This document shows positions 48,055 to 55,660 of a DNA stretch of 64,000 bases, one piece after another. A program made the position numbers and the translations under genes. How positions within the stretch are numbered: position 1 is the stretch's first letter; the number at the start of each line of letters is the position of its first letter. This DNA is from Solirubrobacterales bacterium. GTDB lineage: Bacteria > Actinomycetota > Thermoleophilia > Solirubrobacterales > 70-9. Where the stretch lies: the NCBI GenBank assembly GCA_020438295.1, contig JAGQUV010000006.1, forward strand, positions 1,535 through 65,534, given 5' to 3'. The notes under the pieces are model-generated. The model was not told the origin of the DNA. It worked only from the letters and a program-made list of their open reading frames with translations, and made no database searches.

Positions 48055-48906
48055 ATGAACGACCAGGACCAGATCGCGAGCCGGGTCTTCGCCCCGGCCA
48101 AGCTCAACCTCGGCCTCTACCTCGGCCCGGCCCGGCCGGACGGGCTGCACGAGCTGGCCTCGATCTTCGAGCCGCTCTCGCTCCGGGACCGGATCACGGT
48201 CAGCGAATCCGACAGAGATCAGGTGGTCTGCCCGGGAGTCGAAGGGAAGAACCTGGCCGCCGAGGCGCTGCGGCTTCTGCGTTCCGAAGGCTGGGATTCG
48301 CCGCCGCTGAGGATCGAGATCGAGAAGCGGATCCCGGTCCAGGCCGGTCTGGGGGGAGGCAGCGCCGATGCGGCGGCGGTCCTCCGCCTCGCCCTGGGTG
48401 AGGTCGCAGACCTGGCCGGCCTGGCGATCATGCTGGGCGCCGATGTGCCTTCGCAGATCCAACCGGCGCCCTGCCTGGTCGAGGGCGCCGGTCAGAAGCT
48501 CTCCTCGCTACCGGCCCCGGCCGAGCACTGGGTGGTGCTGGTTCCGTTTGCCGAAGGGCTTTCGACCGGCGACGTGTTCGCCGAGGCGGACCGTCAGGCG
48601 GCCGCCCGGAGCCAGGAAGAGATCGATGAGATCTCGGGAAGACTGTGGGCGGTGGCCAGCGGCGGCGTTTCGCCGCTCGACTATCCCGCGCTGCTGATCA
48701 ATGACCTCGAGCCGGCCGCCGTCGCGCTGAAGCCGGAGATCGGTACGGTCCGGCAGCGGGTCGAGGCCGCCGGCGCCGGACTGGTCGCGATCAGCGGGGC
48801 CGGACCGACCGTTTTCGGGATCTATCCCGACCGGGAAAGCGCCGAGGCCGGGGCCGGCGAAATCGGCCCGGAGGCGATCGTGTGCCAGGGAGGGGTCGGG
48901 CTTTGA
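48055..48906 (+). CDS. ispE: 4-(cytidine 5'-diphospho)-2-C-methyl-D-erythritol kinase
   Basis: APAKLNLGL and the GHMP motif PVQAGLGGGSADAAA are present. The conserved rsmA-ispE adjacency is retained. Confidence 0.92.
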   Translation: MNDQDQIASRVFAPAKLNLGLYLGPARPDGLHELASIFEPLSLRDRITVSESDRDQVVCPGVEGKNLAAEALRLLRSEGWDSPPLRIEIEKRIPVQAGLGGGSADAAAVLRLALGEVADLAGLAIMLGADVPSQIQPAPCLVEGAGQKLSSLPAPAEHWVVLVPFAEGLSTGDVFAEADRQAAARSQEEIDEISGRLWAVASGGVSPLDYPALLINDLEPAAVALKPEIGTVRQRVEAAGAGLVAISGAGPTVFGIYPDRESAEAGAGEIGPEAIVCQGGVGL

Positions 48907-50450
48907 GCGATCCCGCCCGGACGCCTGATCGGCCATCCGAGCCGGCGCCCGAGCCGGCGCCCGAGCCGGCCGGCTCAGTAGAGCCGCCTGGATTGGGCCG
49001 CCGGCACCTCTACCTGCTCGTCGCCGGGGCGGTCGCCGCGGTAGTCGTCTACCTGCTCTACCGCCAGTTCTTCCCCGAGCTCGACCTCCAGCAATTGCTC
49101 GACGACTTCGCGAACCTGCTCGGGGACTGGACCTACCTGGTCGTCGGGGTACTGGCCTTCCTCGAGACCGGGGCGTTTGTCGGGCTGCTGGTACCCGGCG
49201 AGACCGCGCTGCTGGTCGGTGGTGCGGTCGCCGGTCAGGGCGTGATAAGCGTCTATCTGCTGATCGCGATCGCCTGGATCATGGCTTTCCTCGGCGACAC
49301 GACCAGCTTCTGGCTCGGGCACCGGCTGGGACGCGAATTCGTGCTCAGGCACGGCCCCCGGTTCGGGATCACCCGGGAGCGGTTCGAGATGGTCGAGGAC
49401 TACTACGACCGCCATGGCGGCAAGACGGTGCTGATCGGCCGGTTCATCGGGGTGGTCAGAGCACTGTCACCATTCGTCGCCGGCAGCTCGGACATGAAGT
49501 ACCGGGCGTTCGTCCCGTACAGCGTGCTCGGTTCCGGGCTGCAGGTGACCGCGCACATACTGGCCGGGTACTTCTTCGCCCGCAGCATCGACGCCGCCGC
49601 GGAGTACGTGGGCATCGGGGCGCTCATCCTGGGAACCGTGATCGTGGTCAGCGTCGTCGCGGTCGTGCTCTACCGCTACCTCAGGGATCCGGCCAACCGG
49701 GAGCGGACCGTGGCCTGGATGGACGCTCACCGGGCGACCGTGCCGCTGGTACGGCTGGGGAGAAGGTTCCGGCCCCAGTTCCGCTTCGCGGTCGCCCGGC
49801 TCACGCCCGGAGGCACGTTCGGCCTCGAGGTGACGACCCTCTGCGCGATCCTGGCGGTCTCGTCATTCGTGCTGGTCGCCTACACGGCGATCGTCACCGG
49901 TGATGCCGGGCCGACCCCAGGGGACCAGCGGGCGATCGATTTCGTGAACCTGATCCAGACCGCCCGGCTCACCGATCTGGCGAAACTGATCACCGTCCTG
50001 GGTTCGAGCGCGGTGCTGCTGCCGCTGGTCGCCATCACCGCCGTCCTGCTCGGTCTGGCCCGGAGGTGGACCGAGATGGTCGTGCTGCTGCTTTCGGCGA
50101 CCGCGATCTGGGTCGGGGTCGACCTGTTCAAGGACGCGGTCGGCCGACCCCGGCCCGACGGTGGCCTGGTTACCGTCTCGGGCTACTCGTTTCCCAGCGG
50201 CCATGCGGCATATTCGGTCTTCTACGTCTGGTTGACGGTGACCATAGCGGTGCGAATAAGGCCGTCGATGGCCAGGGGGACGGCGCTGGCGCTTTCCGGC
50301 CTGGCGCTCACCATCCTGGTCGGCCTGAGCAGGGTGTATCTCGATGTCCACTACCTCAGCGACGTTTTCGCCGGCTGGGCCCTGGGGGCGTTCTGCTTCG
50401 CGTTTTTCGCGGTCGCGGCCCTGTTGCTCGGGCAATTGCGCAAAAATTGA
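48882..50450 (+). CDS. bifunctional DedA-family / PAP2-family phosphatase membrane protein
   Basis: The N-terminal half carries DedA motifs (LAFLETGAFVGLLVPGETALLVGG, GRFIGVVRALSPFVAG). The C-terminal half carries all three PAP2 motifs (KDAVGRPRP, PSGH, SRVYLDVHYLSD). The start is ambiguous (GTG 48882 or TTG 48903), and both overlap the end of ispE. Confidence 0.88.
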   Translation: MPGRGRALSDPARTPDRPSEPAPEPAPEPAGSVEPPGLGRRHLYLLVAGAVAAVVVYLLYRQFFPELDLQQLLDDFANLLGDWTYLVVGVLAFLETGAFVGLLVPGETALLVGGAVAGQGVISVYLLIAIAWIMAFLGDTTSFWLGHRLGREFVLRHGPRFGITRERFEMVEDYYDRHGGKTVLIGRFIGVVRALSPFVAGSSDMKYRAFVPYSVLGSGLQVTAHILAGYFFARSIDAAAEYVGIGALILGTVIVVSVVAVVLYRYLRDPANRERTVAWMDAHRATVPLVRLGRRFRPQFRFAVARLTPGGTFGLEVTTLCAILAVSSFVLVAYTAIVTGDAGPTPGDQRAIDFVNLIQTARLTDLAKLITVLGSSAVLLPLVAITAVLLGLARRWTEMVVLLLSATAIWVGVDLFKDAVGRPRPDGGLVTVSGYSFPSGHAAYSVFYVWLTVTIAVRIRPSMARGTALALSGLALTILVGLSRVYLDVHYLSDVFAGWALGAFCFAFFAVAALLLGQLRKN

Positions 50451-50454
50451 GCGA

Positions 50455-50703
50455 ATGCCGCTCGCCCTGTCTACTACCGTCTGGCTGTTCAGCGCCGCCG
50501 GTTTCATCAGCCTGACCGCGTTCGTTGGTCTGATCCTGGTCCCGGCGATGAACTCGTTCGGTCGCTGGCCGGAGAAGATGGCGGCCGGCTTCCTCTCGTT
50601 CTTCATCTTCGGGATCCTGATCACGATCGGCGTGGTCGGCGGACTCGCCTACGTGTTCTTCTCCCAGGATGTGACCGGCATCTTCCCCTGGTCCGGCCAG
50701 TGA
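50455..50703 (+). CDS. small two-TM membrane protein, unknown function
   Basis: The ATG lies 5 nt after the DedA-PAP2 stop. The product is 82 aa with two hydrophobic helices and high GC3. Confidence 0.55.
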   Translation: MPLALSTTVWLFSAAGFISLTAFVGLILVPAMNSFGRWPEKMAAGFLSFFIFGILITIGVVGGLAYVFFSQDVTGIFPWSGQ

Positions 50704-50737
50704 ATCCCCGGCCGGACATGTCCCGCCGGACGCAGTA

Positions 50738-51907
50738 ATGGCTACCGACCCTGATGCCGTGGCGAGCGGGGCGGCCCGCCTGGCCGAGCCGGTCCTTGCC
50801 GGCCGGGGCCTGCCGGGACTGGCCCGGGCGGCTTCGGAGTTGCTCGGCGTCCCGCTCGCATTCATGGATCGCTCGGGGATCGTTCTCGCGGTGGCCGGGG
50901 CGACCCGGCAACAGGAGATCAGGCTGACCAGCGGCGGCGGCTCGATCGAATCGATCGGACTGGAGCTGGGCGACGAGCCGGTCGGCGAGATCCGCTACCT
51001 CGGGGACGCGGTTGAAGCCGGCAATCAGGGGGTTCTGGCCGCGCTCGCGGCGCTCGAAGTCGAGCGGGCCCGTTCGGCCGAATGGGGCAACGAGGAAGCG
51101 GTTGCCGCAGCGGTCGCTTCCGCCCTGGACGGCGAACTGACCGATCCCGAAGAGATATCGCGCCGGACGGCCGAGGTCGGGTGCGACATCTCCAGGGGCG
51201 GCGGGGTGTTCATGGTCCGGGCACATGCCGGCGCGGCGCAGGACGAAGACTGGCGCGACCACGTGCTGGCGATGGCAACCCGGACGATCCGCACCGCGGT
51301 TCCCGGATCGATCGCCGGGACCAGCCGGCTGGATGAAGGGTCGATCGTCGCAATAATCGTGCCGTCGCCCGACGAGGAACGCCTGCTCAAGGTCGAAGAG
51401 GCCCTTTCGCGGGAGCTGCCCCGGTCGCTCAGCGGCCTGTCGATCACGGTCTCTCGCTCCAGGGTGGCGACCGATCCGGTCGAATTCGAACGGGCCGCCC
51501 GTGAGGCCCATCTTGCGCTCAACGTGGGAGAGGCCGAGGGACGCTCGCCGATCGCGTTCGAGGAGACCGGCTCCTACCGGCTGCTGCTCGGTACGACCAG
51601 CGAGGAGCTCCACAACTTCTACGCGGAGACGGTCGAGCCGCTGGTCGAGTACGACGAGCAGTACGAGACCGACCTGGTCGCGACCGTCGAGGCCTACCTC
51701 GAGAGCGACGGCAACGCCCCGGCCACGGCCAAGCAGATGTTCACGCACCGTCACACGATTCGCTATCGGCTGGAGCGGATCCGCGAGCTGAGCGGCCATG
51801 ACGCGACCGCCACCGAGGGTCGCGAGCGGCTCAGTCTCGGGATCAAGGCGATGCGCGTCCTCGGCATCGCCTCACCGCGCGGCCGCTCGCGCGAACAGGT
51901 CGCCTGA
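50738..51907 (+). CDS. PucR/CdaR family transcriptional regulator
   Basis: The C-terminal PucR HTH is present (TAKQMFTHRHTIRYRLERIRELSG), with a GGDEF-like middle region. Confidence 0.85.
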   Translation: MATDPDAVASGAARLAEPVLAGRGLPGLARAASELLGVPLAFMDRSGIVLAVAGATRQQEIRLTSGGGSIESIGLELGDEPVGEIRYLGDAVEAGNQGVLAALAALEVERARSAEWGNEEAVAAAVASALDGELTDPEEISRRTAEVGCDISRGGGVFMVRAHAGAAQDEDWRDHVLAMATRTIRTAVPGSIAGTSRLDEGSIVAIIVPSPDEERLLKVEEALSRELPRSLSGLSITVSRSRVATDPVEFERAAREAHLALNVGEAEGRSPIAFEETGSYRLLLGTTSEELHNFYAETVEPLVEYDEQYETDLVATVEAYLESDGNAPATAKQMFTHRHTIRYRLERIRELSGHDATATEGRERLSLGIKAMRVLGIASPRGRSREQVA

Positions 51908-51910
51908 TCC

Positions 51911-51943
51911 CGGCCCGGTCGCGGACCGGCTCCGACCGGGTCG
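51911..51943 (+). terminator. hairpin immediately after the PucR-family gene
   Basis: cggcccggtcg and cgaccgggtcg form an 11-bp stem (one G-U pair) with an 11-nt loop, starting 4 nt after the stop. There is no U-tract. Confidence 0.35.
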
Positions 51944-51965
51944 CACCGCGGCGGCGAGCCGAGGC

Positions 51966-52007
51966 GCCGACGCAGCAGGGTGGGTGCCGACGCAGCAGGG
52001 TGGGTGC
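51966..52007. repeat. perfect 20-bp tandem direct repeat (2 copies plus 2 nt)
   Basis: gccgacgcagcagggtgggt occurs at 51966-51985 and again at 51986-52005, read directly. Confidence 0.9.
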
Positions 52008-52123
52008 ACTTGTCGTGCGATACGTCTGGCAATTGCACCCACCACGATCGCGGGGGCTCCGCTTCGGCTCAACGGTCCCGGGGTGGGTGCACCTGCCTCA
52101 CCATATGTATGGCAATTGCACCC
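51998..52123. repeat. two copies of a 43-nt hairpin-forming unit with conserved arms and a variable 17-nt centre
   Basis: The unit is gggtgggtgcac-N17-tggcaattgcaccc, at 51998-52040 and 52081-52123. The arms are self-complementary (gggtgca / tgcaccc). Each unit contains the palindromes gtgcac and gcaattgc. Confidence 0.85.
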
Positions 52124-52135
52124 GCTATGCGTTCG

Positions 52136-52178
52136 CTCGCCTGACCCGGCTCCGGTGGCTCGCCTGACCCGGCTCCGG
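52136..52178. repeat. 20-bp direct repeat, two copies, period 23
   Basis: ctcgcctgacccggctccgg occurs at 52136-52155 and 52159-52178, read directly. Confidence 0.9.
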
Positions 52179-52252
52179 GTCGTTCCCGATTGCCTCAGGC
52201 CAGGCAGGTCGACCGCACCCGCTGCCGCGGGTGCGGTGTCTGGTCCGTCGGG

Positions 52253-54637
52253 CTACCTGACCTTGCCGACGCGCTTGATCGCGACCTTGCCGGACTTCTT
52301 GCCGCCGATCAGGACCTTGGCCTTCGCCTTCCTGTAGTTGCGGAAGACCTTCCGGCCCTTCTTGGTCAGCTTGAATTTGACCTGCTTCGTCTTGCCCGAG
52401 CCGACCTTGACCCCGCTCTTCTTGGCGAGCAGGCCCTTCCGCTTCTTGGAGATCCCCTGGAACTTGAAGGTCGCCTTCTTGCAGCGGTCGTACTTCTTGG
52501 CGCAGGTGACCTTGGCGGTCAGCGCCTTGCCCTTGACCTTGCCGTTGCCCTTGACCTTGAGTTTGCCGACCTCGTCGGCATCGGCCTGCTTGGCGTAGTC
52601 GGCCAGCGAGATCGAGCCCACGTCCTCGTTCCCTGGTGCCAGCTCGACCCCGGGCCGGTCCGGCAACACCCTGGGGGCGGGGGCCTTGACCAGGCCGTCC
52701 AGCTGGCCCGGTCCCTCGACCACCGGGATCCTCAGGTCGACGTTCCCGATGATCGCGTCCTGCTGGTTGTCGGACGGACGCCCGTAGTTGCCGAGCGCGG
52801 TTCCGGCATCCCCGGCCGCATCCTTCGGCAGCAACTCGAGCCGCAGCACGTGGTCCCTTTCCACCTTCCAGCCGTTGGCGTTCAGCTGGAACACCTGGTA
52901 GCCGGACTGGGTCGGGCGCCACAGCGCCCTGGCGACCAGGGTCTTGGTCTGGCCGTCGGGTGAGACATCGACCAGGCGGGCGGCGATCTGCGAGTCGTCG
53001 CCCGGCAGGCTGATCTCGGCGATCACGGTGGGCGAGCCCATCACCGTGTACCCGGGCTCCCCGGCGTACAGCGGCGCCGGGGCGGGGTCGGTCTCGTAGT
53101 TCGCGGTCCCTGCCTCCTTGGCACCCGGGGCCTCGGCGCAGGCGCCGTCGCCGCCTCCGGTGGGATCGGGGTTGAACGCGGAAGCGACCGCCGGGTCGCC
53201 GCCGTCCGCCGAAACGGTCTGGGAGCCGTCCTTGAACTGGACCCGGATCTCGCCACGGGCAAGCGTGCCCCATTTCTCGGAGACGTACGGGCCATTGCCC
53301 GGAGTACCGTCGGGGCAGGTCTGGGTGTAGGTGGTCACCTCCGGCTTCGGCTTGGCGCCGGCTCCCGTGAGGTAGTGGTCCACCCACTGCTCCTGCTGGG
53401 ACCCGAGCGCGGCCGCGACGTTCCCCTGGCTCTGGCCCCGCGGGTGCCCGAAAGAGCCGAAGAACAGACCGATCGGCGCGTTCGGGTACTCGGCCAGGGT
53501 CCGGTTGGCGAACCGGGTCGCCTCGTTGACCGGGAACAGGTCGTCGGTGAAGCCCGAGCCGATCAGCAGCGGCGCCGGGGCCACACTGTGATCGATGTAG
53601 TAGGACGAATGGTGGCTTGTGATCTCGTCCAGCATCTGATCTGCCTGGAGCTGGCCGTCGTACGGCTCACCGGCATCCATGAAGTTCTTCCAGCCGGCGA
53701 GATCTGCCTCAGGCTGAGTCCCGGCCGGCGCGTAGTACCCGGGCGCGATAATGCCGCCGATGTAGAGCCCGTTGACGTAGGACTGCTTCATCACTCCGAA
53801 CCGGCCGAAGTAGGAGGCGTCCTTGATGTAGTCGAGGTTGCTCCCGTTCGGGGTCAGCGAATAGGCGAGGTCGGTCCAGGGAACGGTCGGGATGCCGACC
53901 GCCAGGCTCATCGCGGTGCCCATGGGGCTCTGCCAAGGGGTCAGGCTGCCGTCCGGCAACATGATCCGGTTCTTCAGCGCGGCCAGCGCCATGGTCATGC
54001 CGCCACCGTAGGAACCACCGGACGCAGCGACCTTGTCCGGCTGGACCCGGCTCTCGTCGACCAGCATGCCCGAGAAGATCTGGGCGTCACGGACCTCGTA
54101 GCGGGTGTCGTCCAGGCGGACGAACCCTTTGGTGTTGCAGACCGGGTCGGCCACCTTGGCACCGGGAGTCCCGCACGACTCGTGGAAGCCGCGGTTGGTC
54201 TGGGAGAAGACGGCGTAGCCTTTCGAGAGCCAGCCCTGCATGCCGGCGAAGCTGATCTTGGACCCACCGTAGCCGTGGAACATCATCACCAGCGGGTACG
54301 GGCCGCCACCATGGGCAACCGGGTCCGGCAGGGCGACGTTCACGTCGATCGGCACGTCGTCGAACGACTTGACCGTGCTGCGGTCGGAGGGCAGCGGCGC
54401 CGAAAGGGTCGAGCTGATCTTCAGGCCATCGTCGCCCTTGTCGTCCGGGCGGATCGTGCCACACCAGGTCTGGCCGGCCGACCCGGGGACGTTGCCTGCG
54501 GCGGTTACCTCTTCGCAGGCGACGTTGCCGTCGAGGACGCTGGGCACGGCCGGGGCGGCCACTGCCGCAGGAGCCAGGATCAGGGGAGCGACCCCCAGGG
54601 TTCCGATTGCCAGGATCAGCGTTGCAAACTTGCGCAT
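52253..54637 (-). CDS. secreted alpha/beta hydrolase, S15 (X-Pro dipeptidyl-peptidase / CocE-NonD)-like, with Lys-rich C-terminal module
   Basis: The start is MRKFATLILAIGTLGVAPLILAPAAVAAPA (signal peptide, ATG 54637). The nucleophile elbow is GGSYGG after PLVMMFHGYGG. A large beta-rich C-terminal domain is followed by a ~104-aa tail that is about one third Lys. Confidence 0.75.
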   Translation of the reverse strand: MRKFATLILAIGTLGVAPLILAPAAVAAPAVPSVLDGNVACEEVTAAGNVPGSAGQTWCGTIRPDDKGDDGLKISSTLSAPLPSDRSTVKSFDDVPIDVNVALPDPVAHGGGPYPLVMMFHGYGGSKISFAGMQGWLSKGYAVFSQTNRGFHESCGTPGAKVADPVCNTKGFVRLDDTRYEVRDAQIFSGMLVDESRVQPDKVAASGGSYGGGMTMALAALKNRIMLPDGSLTPWQSPMGTAMSLAVGIPTVPWTDLAYSLTPNGSNLDYIKDASYFGRFGVMKQSYVNGLYIGGIIAPGYYAPAGTQPEADLAGWKNFMDAGEPYDGQLQADQMLDEITSHHSSYYIDHSVAPAPLLIGSGFTDDLFPVNEATRFANRTLAEYPNAPIGLFFGSFGHPRGQSQGNVAAALGSQQEQWVDHYLTGAGAKPKPEVTTYTQTCPDGTPGNGPYVSEKWGTLARGEIRVQFKDGSQTVSADGGDPAVASAFNPDPTGGGDGACAEAPGAKEAGTANYETDPAPAPLYAGEPGYTVMGSPTVIAEISLPGDDSQIAARLVDVSPDGQTKTLVARALWRPTQSGYQVFQLNANGWKVERDHVLRLELLPKDAAGDAGTALGNYGRPSDNQQDAIIGNVDLRIPVVEGPGQLDGLVKAPAPRVLPDRPGVELAPGNEDVGSISLADYAKQADADEVGKLKVKGNGKVKGKALTAKVTCAKKYDRCKKATFKFQGISKKRKGLLAKKSGVKVGSGKTKQVKFKLTKKGRKVFRNYRKAKAKVLIGGKKSGKVAIKRVGKVR

Positions 54638-54884
54638 CTGTGGTGGGTCCTCTCCGGTTTGATCGACGTGCGGGGCCCCCATGTCATCCCCGGCTCCGGG
54701 CCGGATGGCGGCCGCCAGAGCGGGTCAACCGTAGCAGACCCCTGCCATACGAACGCGGTCGCTGCGGCGGAGTTTCGGTGGTTGGCGCGCCGGCGCGCAG
54801 GAGCCGATCCCGGCCGGCCGATGCGGGTTGTGGTTGGTCCCCCGGCCGGCAGATGCCGATTGTGGCGGCGGTTTCGGAACCGTA

Positions 54885-54957
54885 CTCCGGGGGGAGGACT
54901 CGAACCTCCATTACCGGGACCAAAACCCGGTGGGTTAGCCAGTTACCCCACCCCGGA
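54885..54957 (-). tRNA. tRNA-Gln (anticodon UUG)
   Basis: I folded the cloverleaf by hand. The acceptor stem is TCCGGGG/CCCCGGA and the D-arm is GGG..CCC. The anticodon stem CCGGG/CCCGG carries the loop TT-TTG-GT. The T-arm is GGAGG-TTCGAGT-CCTCC and the discriminator is G. No CCA is encoded. Confidence 0.85.
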
Positions 54958-55063
54958 ACGAGGGCCGACTCTACCTGGACCGGATTCGACCGGGTTGGGA
55001 ACCGGATCGTTCAGCCGGCGGCCGCTCCCGTTCTCCGGGTGCGACGGGGGTAGAGTGTCGGCC

Positions 55064-55621
55064 ATGGATACCGAGAATGAGATGCGTGGAGATCCGTCCG
55101 TCAACTGGGGTTTTTACCGGGGTGCCGGGATCCTGCTGATGATCCTGGGGGGGATCGCGATCCTGATCCCGTCGGTGGCCTCCTGGGGGGTGACCATCTT
55201 CATCGGCTGGATCCTGCTGTTCGCCGCGGTGTTCATCTTTGCCTCGGCCTTCAGCCTGCGCGAGACAGGCGAAATGCTGGTCCGGTTCCTCTGGTCGTTT
55301 CTGACCCTGGTCGCCGGCCTCTACCTGCTGGTCAATCCCGGGGACGGAACGAAGACCCTTACCGCGGTCCTGGCCATCTACTTCATCCTGATGGGCGCTT
55401 TCCGGCTGTATGTGGCCACCCGTGAGCGGGGCGAGCCCGGAGCGGGATGGCTCGGCGTGAGCGGCGCCCTGGCCCTGTTGCTGGGACTGCTCGTCCTGCT
55501 CGACCTGCCGAGCTCGGCCGACTGGGCGATCGGACTGCTGGTCGGGATCGACTTGATCTTTGCCGGCTGGATGCTCATCATGGTCTCGATCGGCGGAAAG
55601 CAGCTCACCCGGGGCACCTGA
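55064..55621 (+). CDS. HdeD family (DUF308) acid-resistance membrane protein
   Basis: The 185-aa product has 6 TM segments with the DUF308 pattern (GILLMILGGIAILIP ..., LLVGIDLIFAGW). The rest of the 748-aa track ORF is read-through. Confidence 0.8.
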   Translation: MDTENEMRGDPSVNWGFYRGAGILLMILGGIAILIPSVASWGVTIFIGWILLFAAVFIFASAFSLRETGEMLVRFLWSFLTLVAGLYLLVNPGDGTKTLTAVLAIYFILMGAFRLYVATRERGEPGAGWLGVSGALALLLGLLVLLDLPSSADWAIGLLVGIDLIFAGWMLIMVSIGGKQLTRGT

Positions 55622-55660
55622 ATGCCTCCGGCGGGCGGCTGAAGGAGCGGCTGTACCCGT

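Noticed and set aside
48938-48972. 12-nt tandem repeat gagccggcgccc (about 2.5 copies) encoding PEPAPEPAPEPA at the N-terminus of the DedA-PAP2 protein
   Set aside because: It is a real repeat, but it is short and in-frame, and it lies in a dispensable-looking cytoplasmic N-terminal extension that may even be upstream of the true start. It is most simply replication slippage and not a feature in its own right.
51966-52178. CRISPR array
   Set aside because: The repeats come in only two copies each and belong to three different kinds. There are no regularly sized unique spacers and no cas genes in the window.
54638-55063. Integrated mobile element at tRNA-Gln
   Set aside because: The window contains no integrase, excisionase or transposase ORF, and no second copy of the tRNA 3' half (ggttcgagtcctcccccc).
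53375-55621. 748-aa plus-strand ORF
   Set aside because: Only the C-terminal 185 aa (the HdeD/DUF308 protein from ATG 55064) are credible. The rest is antisense to the S15-like hydrolase and runs across the tRNA gene.
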